Source: Marsupella aquatica
Lineage: Eukaryota > Plantae > Marchantiophyta
NCBI GenBank assembly: GCA_973895155.1
Contig: OZ316899.1
Span: forward strand, 6,947,241-7,011,240
Direction of reading: 5' to 3'
DNA: 64,000 nucleotides
The number at the start of each line of letters is the position of its first letter. The first letter of the stretch is position 1. Both the position numbers and the translations under genes were made by a program. This document shows positions 24,444-37,291 of this stretch, piece after piece. A model generated the notes under the pieces. It was not told where the DNA came from and did no database searches. It worked only from the letters and a program-made list of their open reading frames with translations.

Positions 24444-27400
24444 TGTGGCCGAGTGATTCGGCCTAACAACGCTTAGCATGCGCGTTAGGGGTATCTTAGG
24501 CCGTAATTATTAGCATAACAACAGTATTTAGGTAGCCATTATGAATATGAAATCATTAGTCAATAAGGGGCGTTCGTGTTCGGGCTGGCGGCGGGTCGCC
24601 ATTTGCATGCTCGGGTTGCGAGCATGTAATGGGCCCTCACCTTTCCCCCTCGGGTCCGTATAACAAACTTTGGGAGGCGGCCACTAACACGAGCTGACCC
24701 CAACCGGCGGAGTGGCCGGTACACTGCAAGCATGAAAGGCTTGGCCTATAAGCAACAAGGAGGCGTTGGGCGATTGACAAGCTCTCAGGGTATAAAAAGG
24801 GGGCCAATCCTTTGTAGTGCACCAGTTATTCAGTCCACGCGCCAGCTTCGACCCTAGTTCTCTCGCTTATCCTTAGTCGCCTTCTATCTCCTCTAAATGT
24901 CGCACACAATCCTTTCCAGTTTGGCCATACAATGCAATTCCTGTCTATCGGAGGGCACTTGGCCGACTCATTGAAACACGCCAACCCACGCTGATATGAA
25001 ATTGAATGCAAATATGAGAGAGCCATCCACCTAGCAGGCCGCCACCACTATCTCCTTAACTTTGATTACCCATCCCAGAGCGGGCTTTATCGACCCGAAG
25101 AGATATCAGGGTACTTCTTCAACGGAGGCAAATATATTGGCTTCTGGGAGACACTCCTTTGGCTTCCGGATGAGGTCTTCAATATCCCGGGCACGATCAA
25201 CTTACAGCGGCATCACTTCGACCACATCCCCGCTTGGGTCCAGGACATCATCAACAGCGAGTCCTGCACTACCCAGTCTACAAGGGCGTCTACACTTGCT
25301 TCAAAAAACCTCAGCCGGTACCTGCAGAATTTCATGGCAACCGTACCATTGACCACCGGTGCCAGCCCAACTGTGCCCGTGCCTGCACCAGCTCCAGCTC
25401 AGGCTCAGGCTCCGCCTCAGCCTAGCCAAACCCTGCCACCAGTCGCCCCGCCCATACAGGTGAGATCCGTCATCAACGCCGTAGATCTCAGCGACGACGA
25501 AGAGGCTACATTACCCATGTTCAGGCGGCCCAGAGGAGCGAGCACTCAGGGAGCTGGGACTACATCGCCCCCTCCCCAGGCCCGAACCCGAGTAGCATCT
25601 CCAGCGGACAACATGGTGACCGTAGCCGCCCCGGCCCCAATACTAACGGCGGTGGCACTACCTATACCCAATCGAGAGGATGAGGAGGTGTCACCCTCCC
25701 CAAGCCAATTTCGGGGAAAGAAGAGGAAGGAACCCGCAGCTGTATCCGGGTTACCCATGGCCACGGTAGCCGCGGCCAAGGTGACAATGCACTGCATGGG
25801 GGAGAACGTGCATAAGAACACCCTCCACCCCAAACATGCGGTGTACTTGAAGACTCAGGGGTTCAAGCACCTTGCCTCTCTCCCCTGGAACACTTGCAGG
25901 TACTACGGGGAGGACATGACAGAGTTCGTCAAGAATTATGATGATGTCCGTCAGCATACTCGGCTACGGGGGAGGAATATGTCCCTCACAGAAGAGCGAC
26001 TTAGGATGATCTTTGGGCTACCCGAGGGTGATCACTGGGTCGAATCACGGGCTCCCGGGGGCAAAGGAGCCAAGTACCAATCCTCGAGTCTTCCCTCCAA
26101 GGGGTTAGTAGACAACGGGTTTGTGATGAGGACCTGCCTCATCCCCATAATAGCCGAGCGGCTGGAGTTCCAGGGGTACGCCCTCCACATGATGGAACCC
26201 CGGGGCGAGATCTCCGCTGCCCAGGTTATTTAGGTCGAGAACTATCGACCTAGGAAGTGGGCGTCGTACTTTGCTAAGAAGTTCCATGAAGAGATGGAGC
26301 GGCGAAGGAAGGCGCTATACATTGGCGGGAAGGCATATTTTGTGAGCCACATCGAGATCATTCTTGAGTGGTACGCCCGGTTTGATCGATGACCCCTTCC
26401 CAGGGTCAACATAACTAAGTTGGTCCCAGCTAGGTGGGTCTTCCCGGCCCTGGATAGACGGCCCCAACCCGAGGCCCAAAGTCTGGTGGCCACGCAGGCC
26501 TCACCCACCCCACCTCCATGAGTAGTCGTAGCCATGGCCGAAGTGGTACCAGACAAGGCAGTAATTGCGACCTTAGACGCGATCAACCAGGCCGGGCCGA
26601 GAGCAGAAGTCGAAGGGGTAGAAGACTTGGCTGAGCCCGAGGGTCGAGAAGACCCACCGGTGGCTATTTCGGAGGATAGGACGATGATGGAGGAAGACAC
26701 TCCAGCCCCTTCCAACCCTACATCCCCAGGGCTGGATGTCACTACCCCGGCCCCTGCGCGAGTTAACGTCTGCCCGTGCGCAAATCCGGATGGGCACAAA
26801 CTGGACCACCCGAAACTCTTCGTACTGGGTACATTTCTGAACGGGCTTTTGGGAGATTTCTCCCAACAGATTGCTCGGGATACCGGGGAGTTCATGGCCC
26901 GGAAGGTAGCCTACTTCTTCAATCATGAGTTGGTTACCGTAGTAAAGGCAGGTCGGGCCCAGTTGGAGGCCTCTCAGAGGATAGAGCGGTACCGGGTTGA
27001 GTCCGTGTACCTAAAGGATGAAGTTGCGGCTCATGAGGCTGAGCTTTTGCAACTACAACCCAAGGTTGCAGCCGCCGATGAGTTGTTAGCAAAGGCGCAC
27101 GCCCTTACCGCCCTAGCCGAACAGGCCAAAGCTAGGAAGGAGGCCAAGATTGCACGGCTCCAGACCTAGGTTGACAGTTTGAAGAACCAAACTGTCATCT
27201 GGCAGAAAGACCTGGAGGAGGCCGAAGAGCGGGCCCAACGTGACACTGCGAAGATTGCCACCCTATAGACCAAAGTGGCACGACTTCAAGCCAAAGCCGA
27301 GAAACAGACCCAGGTGGTGGACAAGCTGACAAGCAATGCCCAACAACTGGAAGAGCCATGCCAGGAGGCAGCTGAGGAGACGAACGCGGCGAAGCGAGAG

Positions 27401-28396
27401 AATGAATCTCTGCTAGACCAAGTCCAGCTCCTCAAGACGGACAATGACAGACTCCGTAGGCAGCGGGATGGCCGCTCCCACTCAGACGGCTCTGGCAAGC
27501 GCACCAGGCATTAGCAAAGGGTTAGGCTTAGAATAGAACTAGGAGTAGCTAAAACAAGCTGTTAGGACAAGCGTTGGCTAGAAGATAGCGGCGCTGACAC
27601 ATTAGCTAGCATGTATAGAATAAGTTAGACTAATAGGACAAGCCGTAACCAGCTTAGCAAGGATATAAGTTAGCGTAGATTTGGGCACGAGGCCAGGCTG
27701 ATCCTCAGCCCTTAGTATTTAGCAGCCCCCTGGTAGAGGCAAAAGGGGGGATTTTAGACTCAGAAGTTGGCCATTCGCGGTATGCATGGGGAGTCCCAAA
27801 ACTCGGTGAAGTACTGGAGTGCCAAGGGGAGGCTATACAACTAAGCTTGCTGGGCAAGTGCGGAGCCGGGCTCCATTGTAGTGTATACTCCTTGGCCTTG
27901 GGCCCGTTCGTTCACGAGGTGTCGGGTCAACCAATCGTAAGTGTATGATCATAAATGAATGAAATCCTTTCCCCTCAATTCCTTCGTGTAAATCGAGATT
28001 TATGTTTATGTGTAAATGCATGTATGAGTCTCGTGTGCAAGTATCAATGTCAGGCTGAACATGTTATGCCAAGCATGCACGGGGTGCAGGTGACGGATAC
28101 GGGGTTGCGAGCCGAGGTTGAGCACTTGTACTAATGGATCCGGATTGAAGGCGGTAACACAAAGGCTTAGAAGTCCATAAGCCGGGGTTGACCCCGTATC
28201 GACTAAGGTACGTTTCGGTGGTGGAACACAAACTATACCTAGGAGGTGTCTATACATAACAGTAAGCGCACTTAGCGCTAGTTTACGTGAGTTAGGAGCA
28301 TTTTGTGCGTCCCTCCCTGCCCGAACCCTCATATTTACAAAGGATGTGCCTGTCTAAGCCAAAGCCCGGGTTAAGGCCTAGGCTGACAACGTGACA
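24444..28396 (+). mobile_element. 3953-bp TG..CA insertion, probable giant solo LTR (family A) with an internal ORF
   Basis: TGTGGC...GTGACA flanked by 5-bp TSD TTTAC (24439-24443, 28397-28401); splits the CACTA subterminal array; no gag/pol and no internal terminal direct repeats; TATAAAA at 24791. Confidence 0.8.
25334..27514 (+). pseudogene. About 726-codon accessory ORF (Pro-rich N-terminus, plant-transposon-protein-like domain, coiled coil)
   Basis: ORFs 25334-26233, 26534-27169 and 27275-27514 are in one frame, separated by in-frame TAG/TGA codons consistent with C>T decay. Confidence 0.7.
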
Positions 28397-31300
28397 TTTA
28401 CCGCTTTGCAAATTCATTGCAATGCGTCGGCCAACTAAAAAGTTGCGAATATTTTAGCATCTCAAACTGTTTTGCGAGCCTTATTGAGCAATGTTTACGC
28501 AATGGCTAACTTGCAATAGTAATAGGCTCGCAAATCCTGTGCCTGTCTAGGGTCTCATTTTGTGAATGTTTTGGTTTCGCAACTTTGAGAGGGTGGTATC
28601 TTCGGAAGTTTGCAATAAGTTCATGATGGCAATTAGCAAGCATTTTAGTATCGCAAATTTAGCGATGAGTTTGCGGGGGTTGGGGTTTTGCAAGATGTTT
28701 CGCAAAATATTATGAGCACTTCAAAGAGGTGGAAAAGGAATGGGATTGGGGAGGGAGGGTAAAGGAGGGAGGATACATGTAATTTTTAGGGAGGGACAAT
28801 GAAAAGGAGGAGGACGGGAATGGGGCTATGATGGACAAGGAACGGAGGGATCCAAGAGGGAGGATACAGGTTTAGGGGGCACAAGGAAATGAGGGAGGAG
28901 GAAGGGTATGTAGATATAGTTCAGGGAGGGTTTGGATTTAGGGAGTGAAAATAAAAAGGAGGGAGTTTAGGGTTTAGAGAGGGACAAGGAAAGGAGGGAG
29001 GGTATTGGTTTAGAGAGGGACAAGGAAATGAGGGAGGTTTAAGGGTATAGGGTTAGGAGGGAGGAGAGAAGCTAGGTTGTATAGGTAAGAGTGGGGGACA
29101 GGGGTGGAAAGTAAGGAAAGTATAGGGTTGAAATAGAAAGGGGTTGGGACAAGGAGAGGAAGGAGGAAGGAGGGTTTAATAAGAGGGACAGACAATGAAA
29201 GAAAGGAGGGAGGTGGGTACAAGTAATAAGGAGAAAGGCTAGGGGGGATTAGGAAAGCACGGAGGATAGAGGACTACAAGCAACATGAGTTTTCTTTGCA
29301 TAAAGTCTACCAAAAGGTGTGGTGAGTGTGGGGTAGGGATGGGAGATATAGAAAACAACATTTGAAAATGATATACTTACAAAACATAAGTTTATTGATA
29401 ATTGAGAAGCACATATTTCTCCATTCTATCGAGAAGAGAAATCTTCATATTATCAAATCTAACTATATATCCATGTAGCTATATATCCACAAACACAGAC
29501 CCCTCAAACTTGGTCCTCATCATCTTCAGGTTGGGACACAACCAGAATATCAGGCTTTTCCCCAACGATTGAACGAGACCGTGGCACATATGTGATGACA
29601 AGTGACCATTCCTCTGAGTTTGGGGGGTATGGAATATAGAAACATTGTTCCACATGACTTGGAAAAGTGAACGGCTCTGATGTTTGCCAATGAGATGGCT
29701 GGAAACTAGTGGCAGACGCCTTCAGTCGTGTAAATCCACACTCATCTTGAACCACAGTAGGATTGTTACCTGCAAGGTTCACTTTGAACCACTTGCACTT
29801 GAAGGCATACTCTTCAAACTTTGATTGTGCATCATAAGATATCACTAGAATCTCTTCTATCTTTCCATAATGTGGCACAACATCTCGAATAATATTTGTG
29901 TCATGGCGACTACTGCGGGAATCTTGAGAGAATTGTCCTTGAACTCCACAATCAAAGGTACGACCCCTCTTCTCATCAAGGGAAGAAATCCTAAAATCCA
30001 TCAAACCATAAGGACATGTTACACAAAAATAGACACAAACATATTCCAATTAATGGAACACACCAAGAACCTGCCTCGTCAATATACGTGCTTGTATTAC
30101 AAATGAATTAAATTAAACCAGGTGATTCAAATCAAAGGTTACTAAGGTAGATGGAGATCACCTGAAATGTCTTCCTTGTGTCCACATTGCTGTCCTTGTT
30201 GTAACCACTCTCAAGGGACCATGAACAATGGTACGAACATCATCTATGATAGCCGGAAAATGTAATACACTCTCTCCCCTGACCACCATGTCATCCACCT
30301 CAACTAACTTCTCCTTCATATAGTCAAGGTACTTTGGAAAAATCCTTGGTCTTGTGCTATTACTTTTTGCATCCTCATAGAAATCCCTCCATTCTTCCAT
30401 GATAGTGTTGTTACTCAACATGAATGTGGTCAATTGTTTCACCTCCATTGGTGTCAACATGCGAGTTTTCCTAGCACCTGTTAAACGATCCTTTTCATCT
30501 TCCCTCTCCTCTACCCAAGTACGGGGAGAGGTACAATCAATTGTGGCCAATATGTTACTACAATAGAACATACTCTCAGCTGCTAAGTATCCTGTAGCCA
30601 TGCTTCCCTTAACCTATGCACGGTTACGTACATAACCTTTTAACACTGCCATGTATCGTTCTAGCCAATACATCCACCGCCAATGCACAGGACCTGCAAT
30701 GGCCACCTCATGAACAAGATGAACAAGTAAATGCACTTGACAGTCAAAAAAGGAAGGAGGAAGGGCCTTCTCCAACTTGCATACCACCTTTATTGCCAAA
30801 ACCTCCATCCTAGGGATCTCGTCAGTATATATCTCCTTAGAGCATACCCATCTCAATAGTTTTCCCAATGACCAAAGGGCATCTTGCACTTCTTCACTTG
30901 CCAAACCTATTATGGCCACAGGCAATATGTGTTGCAATAACCTATGGTAGTCATGTGTCTTGAGATACCTTGGCCACTTATGATTGTCCTCCATCCCAAA
31001 GACCTTTCGGAGATTGGCACCATAACCAGTAGGAAACCGCATGTCTCCTATGCGATTCCAAAACTCCCTTCTCTGGCCAACAGGAAGCACCCATGGAGCT
31101 GAAGGTCGATGCTCAATCCCTGTGATAGGATCACTTATGACCCACACGTCTGGATGCATCTCAAGATCCTCACAAGTCTCCCTGAAGTTAGTGTCTTTCT
31201 CTCCATAGAAAGCCTTTATCAAAGCCTTTCCCACATTTCCCTCAATGTGCATGGGGTCTAATAGATGATGGATCTTCAACTCACCCCAATAGGGCAAAGT

Positions 31301-33097
31301 GGTTAATATAATCCACCTTGTCAAGCCACTACCCTCAAGTTGCATGGGATCCTCTGGGTCTGCCACTCTTGCAGCCATGTCTTTCCAGTGTGTAAAAGTT
31401 GTTGGCTCAGGTACATCACGTTCGTCACCAAAGGGCATATCAATAGAGGAAAATAGTAGTGGGTCACGCCTCATCTAATGTCCCATTGGAAGAAACTTTG
31501 TATGCCCAAGATAAACAATCTTGCGAAGAAGTGATGAATACTTGGCTACATCACCAAGGCTTGGGCCACAAGTGGAGCAAGCCTTGTAGCCTTGGATTTG
31601 CAACCCACTCACAAAGCCAAATCCTGGTCATATAAACACACATTATGTTAGGATTAGCACATGGAAATGAGGGGATACCATGCATTAGAATATGATGCAT
31701 TTAAACAACAAAGTTCTTACCTGGGTAGTCATGCATGGTCCACATACAAACCCCTTTTAGTTTGAAAACCCGTGGGGTACCCCCTGTAGTCTTTCGACCA
31801 TCATATGCCCATACTCCTTCCCATAATTTCTGGAGTTCCTGAACCAGTAATGTCAAATAGGTGTCCACGTTCTTCACCTTCTTTGGCCCTGGGATAATCA
31901 AAGATAGCAACAAAAAACCCTTTTTCATGGACAACCATGGTGGAAGGTTGTAATTCATGAGAACCACAGGCCAGACCGATGTAGGTCTCCCCTTCCCTCC
32001 AAGTGAATGAGGGCTAACTCCATCTGATGCCAACCCCAGTTGCATATGCCGAGGGTCACGCTCAAAATCTGGCCATGTTGATTCCACATGTTTATGAGCA
32101 AGAGAGTCAACTGGTAATCGCATGACACCAGGCTCTGAACGATGTTTCTTGTGCCATACCATCAACTCGGCCAAGTCAGAACATCTATACATGTGCAACA
32201 AGCAAGGAATTATGGGGAACCAACAAACTACTTTCCTTGGTACCTTCTGGGTTAGCATGTTTGGCTCATACCGTGGCTCATGACACATTGTGCATTCTGT
32301 GATATGGGTTGTATCCCCGTGAAATAACATGCAATCATTCACACAGGCATGAATAATATGGTAATCCATGCCAATGGATGATAGAACCTTCTTTGCATCC
32401 TTCCAAGTCCCTGGCAACACATTCTCTGAGGGTAACATCAAGTCATGACAATATTCAAATATGTCTGATAACATAGAATTGCTTGCCTTGTGTTTGGCTT
32501 GAATATTCAAGAACCCCAATATGGCAGAAAGACGGCTCAACCAAGCACCCTCAAAAATAGGTGTTCGAGCATGTTCCTCTGCCTCTTTCCATTGTTGTTG
32601 TCCCTCTGGAGTATGTTGTGGCCGTGGGTCGTTTGAAGGGCCAGCCTCATGACCAATGTGAGGCACATCATCCTCAACATTGGCACCAAACCAATCAACC
32701 ATGAAGTCATCCATGGCTCTATCTTGATCATGCATGACCTGGTCATCAGTCCAAGGTGCGGCTTCCTCATCAACACCACCTACATCATTACTTGATGAGG
32801 AATCACCCTCTGATGGTTCTCCCTCTTCTGGCATACCCATCTCCCGATATGTTGCTTTCAACCTTCGTGGTAACATTTGTTAAGATGGTTGCACATTCTA
32901 TGCACATTACAACCAAAAAACCTCTTCATGTATATTTGACCAAGTACAACAAATTAAAATAGACTTAACACCATTCATTCAAGACATTAAGAATTAAAGT
33001 AAATGCATGGGCTAAAACCTTATTACTCCAAAATGAGCCCAAAGGCCATATATATATATAATAGTAAATGGGAAGTCCAAAACAAGTGCAAGAGGAT

Positions 33098-34303
33098 CGG
33101 GAGGAGAGAATGAATCGTTTTGACTTAACGAATGCACGTGCTTATGAGTTGCTTCGCCCAAAAGGCACTGACTCCGCTCGGCTGAACCGGATCTGGGGGG
33201 AAAATTTACCGGAGGAGGATTGGAATAGAGTGTGGAACACTGTGTGGGCTTCTAACCTCTCTACCCGTGCTAAGGTCTTTCTATGGCGGATTATTGCGCA
33301 AGGCTTGTTCTCTGGCTCCCGTGCTCTACGGATTGGCAAGTCGGATGGCTGCTGTGGCTTATGTGCTGGGACGATTGAAACTATTCCTCACATTTTCTTT
33401 TCATGCCATCATGCTTGTTGTTGTTGGCTGGAGGTCCACGGATGGATGGAGGGTGCACTCTGCGATGGATCACCAAGTTTATTCACTCTAATTTTTTCCG
33501 CTGCAGGGAAACTGCCTATTCACTCTCTTCGGATTTACACGGTTTACCAGATCCTGTGGTGCATTTGGCTAGCCCGTAATGCTCAAACCTTTGACAAAAC
33601 TCGACACAGAATCTTTGATCAATTGTTGGTGATCTCTGAGATTTTGGACCACTTGAATGCGGTTACCACATCCACTTTGGTGCTGTCTACTTCTCTGTTA
33701 AGCCGCAAACATTGACGCCTCTCAGGTGCTAAGGGACTGATAGAGACAGAACGCATCCGAATTCTCAGGAGTGGGGTTAGGAGGATTGAATCCATCCTGG
33801 ATGGCGGTGCTGCAGGAGGATACCCGGCGCTTTGATCCTTTTTAGGCCACAGAAGCTCTTAGTTAATGGTTTACTTAGCTTCCTTTGTGTCCTTGATCAT
33901 AGGCCTACTTTATATCTTTAGGATTAGGAATTTTCGCTCTTATACCTGCCCTTGATCTTATTACGGCATTCCGTGCTGCTTGACAACCCCCCCTTTTTTT
34001 ACCCTTGCAGGCTTGGTTGACTGATGAGCCTTAGGACCATACTCCTGACAAGACATCCATCCCCTTGCACTGGCACTATTTTGATTCTGCTTTACTCTTG
34101 AGTTGATTAGATACAACTGTCTGAGTGACAGTGAAAACTTGATTCATACTAGTTTTCAACATCTGTGAGATCTGATGTCCTTGACTATCTTGGACTCCTA
34201 TCACTCTTTTGCCCTTTGTGGCTTCTGCTGCCGTTTGGCCTGCTGGTCCCCCCCATCCGTGGGGTTCACGCGGAATAAAATCAATTCAAAAAAAAAAACA
34301 AAA
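33098..34303 (+). mobile_element. 5'-truncated L1-type LINE (zf-RVT C-terminus, 3' UTR, poly-A)
   Basis: 19-bp TSD AAAACAAGTGCAAGAGGAT (33079-33097, 34304-34322); AATAAA at 34274 then A-tail; W..VW..RAKVFLWRI...CGLC..ETIPHIFFSC. Confidence 0.92.
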
Positions 34304-34337
34304 AAAACAAGTGCAAGAGGATAAAGGACATGATTTC

Positions 34338-34848
34338 CTAACCCCACTCATAGTGTGTGAATAACTCATCTCCTGCTCTAATGGTCCTAGTAGCAAGAAC
34401 TAAGCAATGGTCCTTATGATATGTCGTGCCATATGGTGTCGGCATTGGACCATCAGTAAAAACCCACTCACAATTGGCCCTACGCTTGGGCCGAGTCCCC
34501 ACAGTACTATTTATGTAACCAGCAATATTCCCATTACATATGGGATCACCGTCTATCACCCGCTGCTCACTATACCTTCTAGTGCTACCATCAAAAGTAA
34601 CCATCTCTAGAGCATATGTTTTCCACTCAGGATGTTGTGCAAGGATCATGTTCCAATGTCTTCTCTTGTAGATGGGTCCATCGTATGGGAACAAAGTAGG
34701 ACCCTCTCTGTACCACAAACACTTGACCCACCCTCCTCATCCATGATGATATCCTCACAAGCAAATACTCCATATCCATGTCTCTCTCCAAGTGTGGAAG
34801 TTTTCACAATCCAACGTCTACCTCAAACCACAATCTCCTCATCAAAAT
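34338..34848 (-). pseudogene. SET-domain exon inside CACTA transposon 1
   Basis: VKTSTLGERHGYGVFACEDI ... IDGDPICNGNIAGYINST..ANCEW..LVLATRTIRAGDELFTHY; acceptor TTTTACAG ending at 34849; one TGA and one frameshift near 34720. Confidence 0.85.
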
Positions 34849-35641
34849 CTGTAAAATAAGGCAAGCCAAGAGTAATAGGTTCTCAATCCTTGATGATAGA
34901 GGCACACTTGCCAGTGAATGAACAAACACCCCACCTACCTTGAACTAGTGTTCTGGATGGGTCATTGGGTGCTCGTGGCCTCCTGTTGGACTGGGGCCTG
35001 GACCGGGGTCTTTGTGTCTCAGTGGGCACATGAGGGTATTCCCCTTCTGTCCCATGACTGGTACTGATTCCCAAACCCAAGGCTTGTGAAAGTGCATTGC
35101 CTATAGCATCTAAAACTCCTTGTGATGGGACATAGGGTGGTGGTGTCACCAATCTACGCATATTGGATCCCTATTCCATGCAAACACCCACAAACAACCA
35201 TATGTGTAAACCATATGTGTAAACATTGATTCACCTCTAAAAATAACAGTAAAGAATGACAATCAATTGAAACAAACTTACCATATGGGATGAAGAAGCC
35301 CCGGGAGTAAGACCTCTATGACGTCCATATCTCTTGATATGCTGAGCACACACATAAGATTTTTGAGAAATTTGGCCCACACATCTGGTGCAGTCACAAA
35401 GTCTTCGGGGTGGACCACGAGGACCGGTAACCTTGGGCTGAGGAGGAGGGGGCATATCGTCATCGGAGGAGTACTCACTACTAGATAGTTCAGAGGAAGA
35501 GGACATATCCACTGCCATATTACATTGCATGTAGGGCATGATTATGGAAAAATTAGGCCATATATAAAGCAATTTTCAAAAAAATGAACTCAAAAAGCAA
35601 TTAGGTTGGTTTATACATGGCGTTTTATTACCCTTTTATAT

Positions 35642-36660
35642 TTGTTAGCATGAAACCCAAATTAAGGTGAGTGTCATGCAAGAAAAAACCACATTATAAC
35701 CTTTGGGAAAATTGTAATACCCTATGTCCTAAGTGAGGTTAGATTATTACCTGAATGAGACCTGGGCTCAACAGTGCCTATAGGTCACGTGGCTTTTGGA
35801 ACATTTGCCAAATCTAGAAGTAGGAGAAAAATACTGGAAACAAAATGTAAGTTTGGATGGTAATTAGCAGCCGTCAAGTTGTGGAATCTTAGACATTTAC
35901 CCATGTATATCATGGCACAACAAAGAAGGGCAAGCATACAAATCTGTTCTAACAACATTGACTGTATACATGATGTTATACCTTTTAGATGCCCGGGTTC
36001 CCACAATGCATATGCATTAGACAAAAGTTGAGGTAGTAATGTTGGCCCTACGTTGTATCATGATTACATGGGTTTTCCCCTCAATTGTTAGCATAAAACC
36101 CTAAACCCTAAACCCCCCTCGAGTGAAAGGTGAGTGTCATGCAATAAAAACCCACCGTAGACCCCTGGGAAAACTCTAAAGGCCTAAGTCCAGAATGAAG
36201 TTGGACAATTACCTGAATGAGATCTGGACTCAATAGTCCCTGTAGGTCGTGTGGCTCAATGAACATGAGCTGAATCTAGAAGCACGAGGAAAATACTGGA
36301 AACAAAAAGTAAGTTTGGATAGCCATTAGCTTCTCTCAAGTTGTAGACCCCCAAACATGTACATATAGATATTCTTGCACAACAAAGAAGGGCAAGGTTT
36401 ATGAACAATCTCTTTATCAAACCCTGCTAACATACATGTTTAAATATAGCTTTTAGATGTCCGGGTTCCCACAATGCATATGCATTAGACAAAAGTTGAG
36501 GAAGCAGTGATGGTCCTGCGTTGGATCATGATTACATGGGCTTTCCCTCAATTGTTAGCATAAAAACCAAAACCTCATCCCGCTTCAAGTGAAAGGTGAG
36601 TGTCATGCAATAAAAACCCACCCTAGACCCTTGGGAACTCTAAAAGCGTAAGCCAATGAA
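35642..36660. repeat. Imperfect tandem repeat, unit about 445-465 bp, about 2.2 copies
   Basis: TTGTTAGCAT.AAA...AGGTGAGTGTCATGCAA recurs at about 35642, 36085 and 36552; internal blocks such as CCGGGTTCCCACAATGCATATGCATTAGACAAAAGTTGAGG are duplicated. Confidence 0.85.
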
Positions 36661-37291
36661 GTTAGCAAAAACCTAAATGGTCAATTCCCTTCAACCATCC
36701 TATGCTTCTCTCTACCATAATTATATGCCACCCCTCTTGGTTACCCTCCTAAGATACCATAAAAGTAACCCAAGATACTATAAAACTGAAACCTCTCTTT
36801 CCAATCCTCCTAAGTTGGCCTAAAACCCAAAACCCAAAACATAAAACCCCTCCTAGCTCTTACCCTCCAATACATATAACCCCAACCTTCATAAATAAAA
36901 CCCCCCTGCAAACCCAAAACATAAAACCCCTCGTATCTAAGCCAATCTAAGCCCAACCTTCACAAAAGAAACCCTCCCCTGACCAGGCCAAACCCCCTCC
37001 TCTTACCCTCCAATATAATTCCTTCAATTTTCTAACCCCCAATCCTTATCTGATCACATCCCACTAAAATGCAACATACTTCTACCCCATTTAATGTTCA
37101 TAAGCCCCCTTAGTATCCCTAACAACACATCAAATACGCATGTGAGATGGGGGTTATGGCAAAACCAAATAGCGAAGGCGTTTACGAATCCTGAAGCTTT
37201 GCAAAGATAGCATTTGCAAAGCTTTTTGCGAAGGCAGATGCATCGCAAACTGCGATGCGAAATAAATTGCAAAGCCTAATATTTTGAATCC

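Larger units (their letters stand above)
29504..35518 (-). pseudogene. CACTA Tnp2/TnpD-type transposase (transposase-associated Zn finger exon, Transposase_21-, DUF4218- and DUF4216-like regions)
   Basis: Exon 1 35518-35282 (CDCTRC...HIKRYG); exon from 32897: HACVNDCMLF, LGLASDG, WPVVLMNYNLPPW, MHDYPG; LDPMHIEGNV, KTHDYH, PPSFFD..HLLVHL, WMYWLERYM; FKCKWF, DECGF, EPF; GT-AG introns 31624-31720 and 29991-30161; a few premature stops. Confidence 0.9.

Noticed and set aside
28727-29280. ORF 29010-29222 in a purine-rich tract
   Set aside because: Low-complexity G/A-rich spacer of the CACTA; the ORF is compositional.
36096-36115. Telomeric repeats (AAACCCT)n, also near 41785 and 58092
   Set aside because: Only 2-3 units; telobox-like motifs within TE sequence, not a telomere.
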